A stretch of DNA of 64,000 bases from Salpingoeca rosetta (GCA_033442325.1 JAWQFM010000010.1:1596192-1660191), one strand, 5' to 3'. Counted from the first letter of the stretch, positions 36,281-63,765 are shown. Notes: a model not told the origin generated them from the sequence alone. Numbers and translations: made by a program.

Positions 36281-37977
36281 CACGCACACACCTGCTTCTT
36301 CCAGCAGAGGTCGAGGGCGTGCTGCGTCACGCGGAGTTTGAGGAGAAACCGAAACACCGCGTCGTATCTGGTGTGGTGTGCACAGACATGTGAGGCAACG
36401 ATGACACAACAGACGTGCCCAATGCGTGCATGTGTGCATGGATGTGTGTGTGTGTGTGTGCATGAATGTGTGTGTGCATGAATGTGTGTGTGCATGAATG
36501 TGTGTGTGTGTGTGTATGTGTGTGTGTGCAACAGCGATAGGGACCTGGTCAGGACGGCGTTGGTGAAGAGGACCTGCAGCGGCTGCGCGAACCGCATCAT
36601 TCTCATGCGCGCGGCGTCAACAGCAAGGCGTGCACTGCTGCGGGCTGGGCGTGCATGGGCGTATGGATAAGTGTATGTGGATCGGTGTGTGTATCGGTGT
36701 GTGTATGAAGATGGACACTGAGCGCGGAACATATGTGCGTGCATGTACACACACGGACACAAAGATACACAGACACACAGACACACAGACAGACACACAC
36801 ACAACCACGCGCGGGGCTGCCCCTTTGATGTGGCGATACCTTGATCGACGTCGACGGTGAACATGGACATGAGTGGACTCTTGTCCAGGCCAACCTGAAC
36901 GATACACGGAACAACCACAGGTGAGCTGCAAACGCGTAAACGCACACACACACACACACAAGCAAGCAAATCAACGAACAAACAAACCAACAAACAAACA
37001 AACAAACAAACAAACAAACAAACAAACAAACAAACAAACAAACAAACAAACAAACAAACAAACAAACAAACAAGCACACGCACAGACACACTAAACATAC
37101 AAACAAACAAACATACAAACAAACAACAAACAAACAAACAAACAAACAAACAAACAAATCATCCCATCTTCTTGTGCTGTGTCGATCGCATGAAACGCAC
37201 CTCGACAAATGCATTTTCGAAACAGGACTGGACTTCCGCTGACGATTTTGAAGTAATGGGGCCTGTGAGGGCGTCTGTTGCCTCTTCAAGAAACGCAACA
37301 AAGAAATCGCCTTTGCCCAACAAGAACATATCCTTCACCAGCTGCATATGTACGTGCGTGTTTGCATGTGCATGCACATGTGTTTGGTGAGAGGCAGAGC
37401 TGTGCAACGAAAATACAGTACTCGATGTCCAGACCAGAACACACACACACACACTCACACACACACACACACAAAGAAACAAACAAGCAAACAACAGTTG
37501 TGGTTGCATTGCATTCCACCTGCAGTGTGGCAACGAGGTCCGCTTGTTGCATCAGCAACCGCCACACGTGCTGAAGTCATACCGTCGCATCAGGGCAAGT
37601 GCAATGAATGGCGCGAACAACACAGAGTACAACACAGGGTAAACGCGAAATTCGTCATGCACCAACAGGCTTGCACGCAGGAATGGAGGCATGTACACAC
37701 ACACACACACACGCACACACAACATGGGCCCACCTCTGACAGGCGTTCGTGGATGTGTGCGAGTGTTTGATCGAGATGCACAGCATCAAGTCCAGACTGC
37801 ACGTGCACATGTGTGAGTGGAACAGTGAGACGATGACGACGACTTTGCGTGTGTTTGAGTTGACATGTGTGCATGGGCATATTCAGTGGTGCGCCGTGTT
37901 GCATCACTTACATCGCTCAGCAGCGACAGGATCGTCTGCTCCAGCTCCCGCTGCTCATCCTCCGAGATGCCCTCTGC

Positions 37978-38072
<95 letters not shown>

Positions 38073-40112
38073 GCAAACAAGCACACACGCGTGCGATGTG
38101 AGTGCGACAGGATAAGTGTGTGCATGTGCAGACGCCGCCAACTTCCAATTGTCCACACTTCGTCTCTCCTTTCTCCTCCGTCTCAACCACCACCACCACC
38201 ACCACCGCCACCACCACCACCACCACCACGAACACGCTGCAACGTACGTGCACCCGATGTTGGGCTGCCACCCTGCAGGAGTAGCGTGTACAGGCCCAAC
38301 TCCAGCATCCGCACGTGTGTTCGCTTGCTGATGGAGCTCAGCAACTGCTTTGCATTCAGATCATAGTCGTCCCTGCACGCAATAGTCGTGTGATTGAACG
38401 TGATTGTTGCGTGGGAGAGAGAGTGTGTGTGCATACGTGTGTGTGTGTGCGTGTGTGTGAGTGAGTATGCATACGTGTGTGAGAGTGCGTGTGTGTGTGT
38501 GTGTGAGCGAGTTCGTAATGTGTAAGATGCAACATTGCAAGAATTTGCCGACACCACCGCTATCGGTGACAGCACAAAGGCAACTCACCACACGCCGCGA
38601 TAGGCATCACCCTGCTTCTGTCGGCTCTGCACACCGACACAGCAGAACACGCAAAGAGAAGGAGAAGGTGATGTAAACTCGTGCCAGTGATGGTCTAGCG
38701 TACATGCGACACACACAGACACATAGACACACAGACACAGACACAGAACACATGCACAGACACACACACAGACACACACACATGCACACACGCAGCACGT
38801 GCGCACGTCGGAGATGCGCTGAACGAAGAAGTCACCCCTGTGGTCGCTGAGCGTGCCATACACAACCCAATCCGCAACGTGCTGCAGAAACACACGCAGA
38901 CACTCGCGCATGAGGAGGGCAAAGGGCCCGCGCAGGTCTGGTGGCTGGTCGAGTCGGTCGTGCAGGAATGACAGCAGGCGGCACCCGGATAGCTGGTCGT
39001 GTTGGCGGGATTGGCGGGGATGGGGAAGGGAAGTGGGATTGATGAGCAGTGTGCACCCCGGGAGTGTGTGGCGACAAGATCAAGGGAGGTTGGAGGGGGA
39101 GTGTGCATGTGTGTGTACGTGTGCATGTGTGTGTGTGTGCGCGTGTGAAGATGCACAAGCATGACTGCACAAGCACAACTGCACAAGCAAGCATACATAC
39201 ACAAGCACATCACAACAAGAACCAGGAATCTGCGTTGCAGCTCAAGGTACCTGTCTGTGTGTGATTTCCTCCATTGTGTTGGCCAGCAATGGGAACAACA
39301 CAAAGTACTGCCAATGCAAACAAAGTACAAGGAGATGTACGTATGACACATATGTGAGAAGATGATTGGCTTGTGACAAACGAATGGTGTACACTTCAAT
39401 AGCTGACAAACACTTCACCCTGCATGGGAATGCCCGGGGCTACGCACGTGGTTGAAGCGGTACACAAGGTTGGACAGCGCTGTTTCATGACCGGCATTGA
39501 ACTTGTCTTGTGCCAGCAAGATTTCTTCTCGGTACGTGTCCAACACGGTGTCCAGTGCATCTGCCACTGCGGTTCTGTAAATCCCTGATGAGCGTCCGTG
39601 CGAGCGCGCGCGTGTGTGAGTGTGAGTGTGAGTGTGAGTGAGTGTGAGTGAGTGAGTGAGTGTGAGTGTGAGTGTGAGTGAGTGAGTGTGTGTGTGTGTG
39701 CGCGCGCACTAGTGGTGGGAATAACATTACACCCGTCCTCAAGCACACGCACACATGAGGTCGATTGATACCTGCGTTCTCTGTGAGCTGGGTATCCACA
39801 AAGACTTCCAGGGTTCTGAACGTTGTGCCAAGAACGCACAGCTTGTCCAGAATCTCGTGCTCTGCACTGGTAATGCCTTGCAAGCCGGGGCGCACCTGCA
39901 CGTTGACGCATCCGCACGCGCGCACGTGAGCACATCAAACTGAGCAAACCGACACTGTTGCATCAGAACACACACGAGATCAGCACTCAAACGCAAGTGT
40001 AGCACAACCCACGCACCCGAAAGCGGTCCTTGCGCAGCACAAAGCATTCTCCGTCAATGCCTGCCAACATGGCAAAGAGGTCGCCACTCAGCAGCTCTAC
40101 CACCTCTCCCAT
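35082..40112 (-). CDS. TUBGCP4: Gamma-tubulin complex component 4; multi-exon
   Basis: DLFAMLAGIDGECF, GIYRTAVADALDTVLDTYR, WVVYGTLSDHRGDFFVQ, KDMFLLGKGDFF, YDAVFRFLLKL, HMAHIVTSLQSY..DVLEAEF, LSQLLLRVDFN. The short N-terminus fits GCP4. Confidence 0.88.
36960..37158. repeat. (CAAA)n tetranucleotide microsatellite, intronic
   Basis: Directly visible. Confidence 0.95.
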
Positions 40113-40113
40113 G

Positions 40114-40164
<51 letters not shown>

Positions 40165-40252
40165 GTTGTTGTTGTTGTGGTCCTCACACGCACAGCTCTG
40201 GCAGTAACGGATACTGAAAATTTACTGAAGTTTTACGCTCACATTCGGTCCA

Positions 40253-48024
<7,772 letters not shown>

Positions 48025-48284
48025 GGCTGGCTGGTTCGTTGGTGGCTGGTGTTTTGTCTGCTTGTTAGTTTGTTTGTTTGTTTGTGTGGCGGTTACGAAG
48101 AGGAAGCTGTTGCGCTTGTTGTGTGTTTGAAATGAATGAGCAGAGATGTCACTTGCACTCACTCCTTGTTCTTCTTGTTCTTGTTGCTCTTGTTGTCGTT
48201 CTTCTTGTTCATCTTCCTTTGTTGCCTGCTCGATACGATAGGAACGTTCCATACATACGCAGGCGCACACGGGCAAGTTGCATG

Positions 48285-50536
<2,252 letters not shown>

Positions 50537-51270
50537 CTTTCTGTATGTCGCTGTGTCGCCTGTGAAAAAGGCAAAATTTGCTTTCGCGAGTGTGTGCCCA
50601 AAACGGTTCCGCCAACGCTGCTGCCCCAAAGGCAAATTTGCCTTTGTGTCTGCGTCGTCATTATGACGGGAAGACAACGCAAAGAGGGAAGCAACGAAAC
50701 GAACAAGCAAAGCAGCAGCAGGGCGAGGACAACGACCAAGAACGCACACGCACACGCACACAATCGAGAGGAAGAGCCACCACACCCACACACACACCCA
50801 CACACGGACGTCAAGCAAGCAAGCAAGCACAGAAACAACGAAACACACAACACCACCACCACCACCACCCACAACATCTGTCATTCTCGTCTCATCATTC
50901 CACGTTGCCGCAACCAGCTGCCGCTTCATTCCTCCAACAACAAGCAAGCAAGAAGCAAAGCACCAGCAACGAAGGTAGCAACCAACCAACTCAGCAACTG
51001 CGTGCGCGCATCTCCCAAGTTTTCACAGCCTTCCTCGTCATCTCCTGCTGCTTGTTTGTTTCGTCAGTCCACCTTGCTCACTCATTTTCCCCTCGCACTC
51101 GTCGTGTGTGCATGCTTGTTGTCTTGGACCCTCCTTCTCTCTGTGCTCGTGAGTAGCAGGCACTGCCTCTTGATTGAGCGCTTGAACACTGGACCCGTGC
51201 GTGCGTGAACCACGACAGCCTGAGGAACGCATCACCGACCTAGCAACAACACCCTTGTTGTCTTGGCGCC

Positions 51271-53560
<2,290 letters not shown>

Positions 53561-54504
53561 GGCCACCACTCTCGTGTCTGTCATTCCTGCTGACACACCA
53601 CTCCAGCCGTCCGCACCAGCCTTGATGTTCAATCCCACACATGTCATGTCAAGCTACTCCTTCTCGTCATCCTCCCATCATCCTCTCGTCATCTCTGTCA
53701 CACATGACAACCGTTCCCACCACTCGTCTCACTCTCTTTCCCTTTGCCTTTCTTTTCAGCAGCCCTCCCTCCTTCCTACGCTTCTCTTGTACTATGAAGT
53801 CGTCTGTGCTTTCCTCCCCCTCTCTCTTCTTTCTCTCTCCTTTTTCTCTCTGAGTTTGCGCTCTCTATTTGACCTGTCACGTGGCGTCTCTTTGTTCTTT
53901 TGAGGCCTGTGCGTGCTCTGTTACAACACCCCAGCAGCTCACCTGACGCGCACTGTACCTTTGACTCTCTTGATTTGCTGCGTCTGTCTTGATTTCGCTT
54001 CTTTTGGTCTCCCTTAGCTTCCCTTCCCTTCCCCTCCCCATTGGTGATGTTGTGCACGTGAGTGCCTTCGTCTCCCCCTTTTGCCTTGGCGCACTCGTGA
54101 CCGTCCTTAACCACCAGCCAACCCAGCCCACCACCGTGTTCTTGTGGAGTAGCTCACGCTGTTGTGTGGTGTGCGTGTGTGCCTCTCCCGAGTCTGTGTG
54201 GTGTTGGTGAGCTGCTCACGGGTGCCGTTCTGTCGATCAGTGTTCCTTTATGGCTGTTCGCACAGGATGTGAACACCCGCAGCGAGCCAGCGAGGGCTTG
54301 GGAGGGCTCTATCTCCACAGCGCTGCTCTCCACAGCACTGCTCTGCACATCTCCTTATCCCTCTTACCCTTCCTCTCCACCCACTCGCTTTTCTCGCCAT
54401 CCACAAGACTTCGTAGAGAGTTAAGTAAACCCCCCTCACACATGTTCACGATATCATGGCACCACAGCGCGCGAGTGTGCTAGCCACAATGGTGCGTCGC
54501 TGTC

Positions 54505-55341
54505 CTACAGCATCCCGGCCGCTCTGTTCGTTCAAAGAACAACAAGTATGATGATGATTAAGGAGGGCGGTGGCATCAGACAAATGAAGCAAAGTGGGTG
54601 GCAGGTCGCACCTTTGCGCGCGGGCAGCACAGGGACAGACAGACAAACAGATGGAGAGAGAGAGAGAGAGACAACGAAACCGAGAGAGAGAGAGAGAGAC
54701 AGACAGAGACAGACACAGAGATAGGGTTAAGACAAAGAGACAGACAGAGACAGACAGACCACTTCATGCAAGCACACACACACATACACACACGCATGCA
54801 CACACACACAGGAACGCACGCACACATACACAGGAACGCACCCGTATTGGCGGACCATGGTCTCTGGGTCAATGTCACCGTGGATGCGCTCATTGTTCTC
54901 GTTGAAGAGGGCGTACGCACTCTTCTCGCCCTTGCGCCGTGGCCCGCTCCGTGTGGACGCATACAGGAAGTAGAAGGCGGCCACCAGGAAGAAGGCCAAC
55001 CCAAACCCAAGCACCCAGAACACGTACTGCAACAGCGCGTATGCCGCAAGTCGCAGCCCAATGTCAAGCCACGTCAAGTGGCGAACCTGGATGACCCTCT
55101 CCCGCTCTTCCTCGCTGGCGCCTTTGTTCTCCTTTGCAGCGCTGTCTGCTGCGCTACCCGCCTTCTTGCTGCTGCCTCCATCTCGTTGTGCAAAAAGGAC
55201 ATCTTCAGGCACCACCTTCTCTTCCTTCGACAAGCCCAACCCACCAGCACTCCCAGTCGCCTTCACTGCTTCCTCCCTCTGTTGCTGCTGTTGCTGCTGT
55301 TGCTGGCGGAACGCCTGCAAGCGTTTCCGGACGCTGCTCAT
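54505..55341 (-). CDS. SAYSD1: SAYSvFN domain-containing membrane protein; 2 exons
   Basis: Hydrophobic hairpin with LGFGLAFFLVAAFYFLY, then RRKGEKSAYALFNENNERIHGDIDPE; final exon GAAGML*. Confidence 0.9.
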
Positions 55342-55715
55342 AGTGGCCGATGTGTTTGTGTGTCGCTGTCGTCGTTTTGTGGTTCAACGTTACTGGCGTT
55401 TGTTGCTTTTTGCGGAGAGTGGGAGGACAGCAACGACGATGCTTGCTGGCCAACCACCGTGCAGGCTGCTCCGTGCACAACCAAGCCAAACCCAGCCAGC
55501 GCACCATGATGTATGCGATGTGCACAACTTCACTTTTTTTTCCTCCCTCCTCGGTGTCCTTTTTGGGGTGGCGTGTGAGCCAAGCGCTTTCGCACACACA
55601 CACGCACAAGAACGCACAAGCACGCACACGCAAGGAAGCAAGCGAGGGAGCAAGGGAGCATTATCATTGCAGCAGTCAGTGCTCGTGATCGGTCGATTCC
55701 ACCCAAGTTGGGGAC

Positions 55716-56029
55716 ATGAATGCTACGACATCGGGTGCCACCAACCAGGGTGGCAGCAGCGACAACGCAACACTCTCCACCACGATCATCAACCATGTCG
55801 TCAACACAACGATGACAGCCATCGGCAACATGAACAGCAGCAATGTGAGCAGCAACAGCACGTCGGCTGCTCCCGCTGGGCCATCCGACACAACACTCCC
55901 AACGACGACGACGACGGGAACCACAACATCTTCTTCTTCATCTTCCTCATCAAGCATGGGCATCGTCTACCAGACGAGCGACGTTGGGTTTGGACCCTTT
56001 GCCAGCTCTGGTCTTCCATACTCCACGCA

Positions 56030-56071
<42 letters not shown>

Positions 56072-58971
56072 GCGCGAAAGTGGGAGAGAGAGAGGGGGGG
56101 GGTCTTCTGTCCTTGCCTGTGCTTGCATGTGAGAGTATGCATATTTGCACGTTTGTTTTGTGGGTTTGGCAATGCGACGCAGTCAAGCTGAACGTGGTGT
56201 CGAGCATCGCAAGCTGATTTATCTCGCCCCGTGCAACCTGTCGTGCATGCTCCCGCACCGATGCAGTGATGATTTTGGCCCTGATCATCATGGCCGGTGC
56301 CATGATTCTCATCGCCGCTTGCTTCATCTGGCTCAGGCGGCGACAGCAACGTACGTGCATACAAGCAGGCAGCCCACGCACTTGCTCGCTGTACACAGCA
56401 GCCGAACGCTCAGCTGCGTTACTCTGCGCACAACTTGCGCGCGCCAACTCACCATGTGTTTGCACCACGCACATGCATGCTTGCACACATTACAGAGGAG
56501 ATGATTGAAGCCACGAAGAAAGTGGTTGCTGCCCGCTGTGATCCAGACAAGTACTTCCGCAACATGCGCAAGACACCAGTCAACTACCCACACGTGCCCA
56601 CTTACAGTACGTCATCCATCTACAGATCTGCTGGTTGTCACTGTCATTGCTTTCTTGCTTCGTGTCGTGTTCTTGGTGCAGGGGTTTACTTGTGAAGAGA
56701 GGCAGAGACAAGGAGAGACAGAGGGACAGAGGCAGAGGCGCAGACACACACATACACACACATTCACTCACACACTCACACACACATTCACTCACACATA
56801 CACACACATTCACTCACACACTCACACACACATTCACTCACACACTCACACACACACACACTCATTCACACACACACACACTCACTCACTCACTCACTCA
56901 CTCACTCACTCACTCACTCACTCACTCACTCATTCACTCACTCACTCACTCACTCACTCACTCACTCACTCACTCACTCACTCACTCACTCACTCACTTA
57001 CTCACTCACTCACACACACACACTCACACACACACACTCACTCACTCACTCACACACTCACTCACTCACTCACTCACTCACTCACACACGCACACACACG
57101 CACACACACACTCACTCACTGACTCACACACTCACACACACACTCACTCACTCACTCACTCACTCACTCACTCACTCACTTACTCACTCACTCACACACA
57201 CACACTCACACACACACACTCACTCACTCACTCACACACTCACTCACTCACTCACTCACTCACTCACACACGCACACACACGCACACACACACTCACTCA
57301 CTGACTCACACACTCACACACACACTCACTCACTCACTCACTCACTCACTCACTCACTCACTCACTCACTCACTCACACACACTCGCGCGCATCCACAGG
57401 GTATGACAAGACGAACACGGTTGACTCGACGTACATGAAGATACTGGAGAGCAAAGTGGCTTCGTGTGATGATGAGAGCGGGTCGGACATATCTGTGTAT
57501 GCGTACGACGGCGGCGATGGCGACAGCAAGAGGAAGCGGAGGAAGAAGAAACACCGCAAGGACAAGAAGGACCAGAAGAAGAGGAAGAAGGCAAAGGATA
57601 AGAAGGATAAGAAGAATAAGAAGGACAAGAAGAGAAGCAAGAAGCACCAGCTCACGAGCCACCACGATGACAGCGGTGGCAACAAGGCTGGTGAGACCAT
57701 CCACCTCCTCAATGACTTCCACGCCAACGGAAGCGCAGATGCTCGGCCCAGCAGTGCAACGACAGCGAGCACCACCCTGCCCAACACAACCCCAGCCCAG
57801 TCCCCGCGCGCAGGCGCCGCCGAACCCCTGTCGCCCACGACGCCACGACCACCATCATCGTCATCATCATCGCAACCGCGCCCAACCAGCGCCGTGCCAG
57901 GGCTCGTCACCTCGTACACACAGCCCCTCTCCTCGCGTGTGGAGGTGCTGCTTGGCGACAGTCCTGCTGCCTTCCACAGCGCCTATGCCAGCGGACCATA
58001 CGACTACGGTGCCCATCAATATGGGCGCGATGGTGATGACAGCGGCGGTGTGGCTGATGGGCTGTCGCAGGCCGGGTCTGACGCAGCAGCATCCACTGCA
58101 CACAGCGCCGTGCCACCGCTGTTCACCGAGCAAGAAATTGCCGCGCACCTCTCCTCTCGCGTACACGTGCTTCTGCCCGAAGACGATGATGGTGAAGACA
58201 ACGATGACGACGACGGTGACGGTGTTTGTGATGTCGCCTACACTGGCGCCTACGATCATGGTCCACATACCTCCTCCAACTTGCTTGATCGCCCACCACT
58301 GGCGCCACCAGCGTACCCGTATCACCTCCGTTCATCCGGTGCACGCGCCCATCGCCACCACGGCAACACGCACGACTACACCGATGGTGACAATGATGGC
58401 ACGGCCTCTGTGGCGACGTCTGTGAGCGCGGGTGTGCCGCCACTCGTGCCCGTCCCAAACACGCAGTTCTCATCGCGCGTGCACGTGCTGCTTGATGATG
58501 ATGACGACGACAACAACAACAACGAAGGACATGATAGTGATGCTGTTGAACGCTTGTCGCTTCTGCAGCAAACCAGTGCTGACGGGAGCAGCAAGGCGAG
58601 GAAAGGAAAGCGCAGCAAGAAAGACAAGAGCAAGAAGAAGAGGAGGAGCAAGCGAACCAGCGGCGAACGAGACAGCAGCAGGCGCAGCTCAAGTGCGCGT
58701 TCGAAAGAACACATGCACGGGAGCCGTCGCCAGAGCACTGCCGACATGACGCTGCCGCCACTGTCAGCGCTGCCAGAACAGCGAGCTGAGCAGATGCGCA
58801 CGTACTTCCGCTTGCCGGCGCTTGACGAGCCAGCAGTCGAGCACAGCATCGTCACGGCGGATATGGAGGTGGGGCCAAAGAAGGGCACCAACAAGAAGCG
58901 TCGCTCGAAAGGCACGCACCGGTCGCACGTGTCCAGGGGTACCGGGACTGGGCGCCTGGTGTTGAGGAACA

Positions 58972-59008
<37 letters not shown>

Positions 59009-59231
59009 TGATGATGAGCTTGATGCTGATGTTGTTGAAGTGTTGCATGGCTCAACGGCCGTGGCAGGGGGCGTGTCTGACCTGATTGAAGGTCTTGGCT
59101 TCAAGGACGAGGAAGCTTCGCGCACCAGCACAGGCAGGAGTCTGAAGATGTTCACGCACGTTGTCAAGTCACTTCGACGGAAGGCAGACATTGACTGGGC
59201 GCAACAGCTGGAATTTGACCAGTTTGAGTGA
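55716..59231 (+). CDS. Unknown single-pass membrane protein: Ser/Thr/Asn-rich N-terminus, TM helix, long disordered tail; 4 exons
   Basis: Phase-compatible exons at ~55716-56031, ~56266-56350 (VMILALIIMAGAMILIAACFIWLRRRQQ), ~56496-56607 and ~57400-59231 (598-aa ORF). Confidence 0.75.
56745..57385. repeat. (CACT)n/(CA)n compound microsatellite, intronic
   Basis: Directly visible. Confidence 0.95.
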
Positions 59232-59636
59232 TGCGCGTGTCTGTGTGTGTCTGTGTGTCTGTGTTTTGTGTTTGTGTTTGGTTGTGTGTTCATGTTTGTT
59301 TGTTTGTTTGGTTGGTTGGTTGGTTGGTTGGTTGTGTGTTCATTTTTGTTTGTTTGTCAATGTGTGTGCGTCTGTGTGTTTGCTTGTGTGTGTCCTTCCG
59401 TGTGTTTACTTGCTTTCTGCCCACATCACTTTCCTTCTTCGCTGGTTGGTCAAAGACAGCATGTCAACTGCTCTATTTGTTCTTGGTGCATCACAACAAC
59501 AACAACAACAACCAAGAAGCAACTCGAAACAGTCAACAGCCAATGGGAAGAATATGTGCGCCCACAAACCAACTTTCACGCAAGCACACGGTTGCCAGAA
59601 CCGCGTGCACTTGGACACATCCTCCTTGGCCGTCCC

Positions 59637-60546
59637 TCACGCGTCGTCATCGTCGTCATCGTCCTCCTCTTCACTTGACGACTCCTCAAGCCACTGCTGC
59701 GCCCGCTTGTCCACACCCCGCAGCACCTTCCACCTGCAAGGCGAGCGCGCGCGCGCGCGTGTGTGTGTGTGAGTGTGTGTGTATGTGTGTGTATATATGT
59801 GTGTGTGTGTGTGCTGGCCGACAACGAGCAACGAGCAACCAGACGTGCGCAGAAGGATTGCAAGTGGCCACGTACTCGTTCAGCTTGTTCAAATCCAAGC
59901 TGTTCAGGTCGTTCAGAGTGATCTGTGGAAGTGCAGGTGCATTCATGTCATGAGCAATGATGATACACGCAACAGTGCACAAAGACGGCGGAAATGCACT
60001 CACACCCGCGACGAATGCAAGTACGCACGCACACGCACGCACGCACGCACACAATACACACACACGCACACAATACACACACACGCACACAATACACACA
60101 CACACAATACACACACACGCACACAATACACACACACGCACACAATACACACACACGCACACAATACACCCACCCACACCCACAAGCACACATACACCCA
60201 CCTACAACACGCACCTGCTTGTCGCCAACTTCGAGGATGCCACCAAACATGAACAACGTGTTGCCCTTGCAGCAGATGTTTGCACTCATGCGGGCACAGG
60301 GGCTCTGTATCATCACGAAGGGAGAAACACGTGGCAGCAGTGAGGGTAGGCCACCGGACTTCAATCAATGATGATGATAACGACGATCAAAGAAGGCAGA
60401 AGCATGCGACTCAAACCACTCGACCACTGAAATAACGAACCCCTTCCGTCCTCTTGACGCGAAGTTGCGACCACGACAGCGTGTTGGTGTTCAGCCTGCC
60501 AATGCACAAATGTGTATATGCGCGCAAGTGAGAGAGAGAGAGAGAT

Positions 60547-60606
<60 letters not shown>

Positions 60607-61147
60607 GCAGAACTGCAACAGCCGAGCCGCAGTCACTGCATCACAACTGCAAGTCAACGTGTTTGGGATGTGTGGACAACTCACTGGTAGAGGTCGTCGA
60701 AGAATTGGCCTTTGAGCGCATCATCTGTCTCCTCGTCGCACCTGGACATGTGAAGAGAAGGGGCTCATGAGAACATGATACAAGTGCTGCACAGCACAAC
60801 TACGTCAATCAACCACTCGTACCCACCACGGCAACATCCCACTGAGCACGTAGAACAACGCCACCACCACCACCACCACCACCACCAGCACCGCCAGCGA
60901 CACCATACTTACACGCCTCCAAAGGAGACCATGGATCCATTTGCGCGGACGGCAGCTGCTGCTCCTGACCGCTGTGACGGCGCCGCGCCCGAGGGCCGAA
61001 CACGTGTCCACTCCCACTTGAGCCCAACACCAAACGCGCCTGCGTGGCAGTGACAAGGGCGGAGGCAAGAGGGAGGTGAGATTAGGTTCGGTTGTGTGTG
61101 TCTATGCGCTTGTGTGTGTGTGTGTGTGGGTGTGTGTGTGTGTGTGT

Positions 61148-61196
<49 letters not shown>

Positions 61197-61212
61197 TGTG
61201 TCTGTGTCTGCG

Positions 61213-61260
<48 letters not shown>

Positions 61261-62102
61261 TGTGGGTGTGTGGGTGTGTGTGTGTGTGTGTGTGTCTGTG
61301 ATGTGAAAGCCGCCCCGCACATGCGTACGTGCACGTGCTGCTCCCGACATCCTGCAGCCCCACCCTTCTTTTCGTTACCTTGCGCTGCTGTCTTCTTCAG
61401 GTCCTTGTTCTCCAACTGCTGCGCATACAACTCCGCCGCAGCCGCATCCTCGCTCGCCTCCAGCCGCCACATGTCCGTGTGCGTCTGCGCCAGTGTGAAT
61501 GTGAGCAAGCGAGCCAGAGTGTGTGTGTGTAAATGTGCGTTCTGTGCAGACACGAGAGTGTGAAGTACTCTGTTTCTATGCTCGCCCCTCCTTCATCTTC
61601 ACTCAAACAGGCCACACTTCATGCGAAGCAGCACGACTATCACCAGCATTATCAACAACAATAGCTGCTGCTGCTGCTGCTTACCACGCCCTTGTACACT
61701 TCACCGCGCACACGCGACTTGGAGTATCTGCATGCCATTAAGTGCACGTGTAGATCAGAGGAAATGGGAGAGTTGTTGGTGAGAATGGTGGTCAAAATAC
61801 ACGCGGCAGGGTGCTGAGCAATTGTTGTGGTGTGTGCGTGTGTGCGTGTGTGTGTCTGTCTGTCTGTCTGTGTGTGTGTGTGTGCGTGTGTGTTGTGTCT
61901 GTGTACGTCTGTGTGTGTCTGTGGAACGTCGTACAACACAGCTAGCAGTGCAGTTACAAGCAGTTGAATGTGATTATCGTACCCGCCGTACACATACACG
62001 CCGTCCTTGGTGGCCACCATCTGGCATGCTGAGCGTGCATCAGGCGCGGGCTTGACCTGTGGGAACACAAGTTTGTCCCACCTGTACACATTGACGCAAA
62101 GG

Positions 62103-62183
<81 letters not shown>

Positions 62184-62511
62184 GGGGATAGAGAACAAGC
62201 AGATGCAGACAAGCAAGGAAAGTGTACCCTTCGTACAATAGCCCATGCCACCGCCATCATGTCGGTCACATGCACGCATGTACGCACGCACGCACTCACC
62301 TGTAGTTCTCGAGATCAAAGAGGTGGACGTCGTTGAAGTACTTTGGCGCGTGCTTTGCGTCGTCGTGGAAGCCGCCAAACACAACAAGGCACTTGTTGAA
62401 CAGCACCATGCGATGGCCTGGATATGAAGCAACGCAGGCGGCGAGTGGTCAAGACCATGACACATGATGAACAGAACCACCCCCCCCCCTTGCACACGCA
62501 CAGCTACACAC

Positions 62512-62593
<82 letters not shown>

Positions 62594-63477
62594 CGCACCA
62601 CTTCTGCTGGACGGCGCTCCGGATCGCGTGACCTTCATCCACTTCTTGTCTTTGATGTTCAGGCACCAGAGATCATTGAAGTGCTTGAAGGTGCTGCCGG
62701 TTGGGCTCGAGTACTCGCCGCCAAACACCCACATCTGTCCACCAAGGCGGCTCACGCTCACCGCCTGGTGGCCGCTGCGTGGCGGTGGACCCTTGGGGAT
62801 CTGCACATTACGCCAGTCGTCCTGGAGAGGTGGGACACAGGAGGAAGAGCAGTGGTTGATCAGACATGTGCAGAGGTACAGCAGACGTTCTGCGCATGCG
62901 CACATGTATACGAATTCACGCACAAGGTCGGATGCTTGACGTGCACAGACGGACCCACTCACACACACTCACTCACGCACACGCACTCACACGCATTTAC
63001 TCACTCGCTCGCTCACTCACACGCACTCATGCACACTCACATCACACGCACGCACTCACTCACTCACTCCGCACACTCACTCACACACGCACACACACAC
63101 ACACACTCACACTCTCACACACTCACACACCCACTGACACACACCTTCTTGATGTTGTAGAAGAGAAGCTCGCCGTACACAAAGGTCTTGATGCCGTTGG
63201 TGAACTCGCCGCCAAACAGGATCAGCTCGTCGTTGGTGGGCGACAACACGAGCGACGCATACGCGCGCGCAGACACGGACTTGCGAGGCAACTCCGTCAC
63301 CTTCTCCACACCCTTGTCCATGTCCATGAACTGCGCAATCAAGGCATCCAGGTCCTCCTCCTTTGCGTTCTTTGCCTTGCGCTTGCTCTTTGCCTCAGCC
63401 TTCCTCTGCTTGCGCGCCTCCTTCTCTTTGCGGGCCTGCCGGCGCTCCCGCCGATCAGATGCGTTCTTCCGCCCCAT
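59637..63477 (-). CDS. KLHDC4: Kelch domain-containing protein 4; multi-exon
   Basis: Basic N-terminus, EEDLDALIAQF, DELILFGGEF, PPPRSGHQAV..MWVFGGEYSSP..FKHFNDLW, PSSRSG|HRMV, GGILEVGDKQ|ITLNDL, acidic tail WLEESSSEEEDDD. Confidence 0.93.
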
Positions 63478-63765
63478 GTCCGCAGTCTTGCGCTAAAGTG
63501 CTCAGTTTTGCCTGCACGTGTTGTGCGCACTGTTGTTTGTTGTTGCTTGTTGTTTATGGAATGAATAGTGGCAAGCACAGTCAACAGTGGAAGCAACAGA
63601 AACAGCAGGGCATGAGGGCAGTAATGTAATGTAACACGACACAGCCAAGGCCATCGAGCCAAGGGTAAGCGATGAGCAACACGGACCCCAATCCATGCGT
63701 TGAGCAATGTATGATGTACATCTGTGTGAGACACTGTATCACATAATCGCAGCAATGTCACGTCA

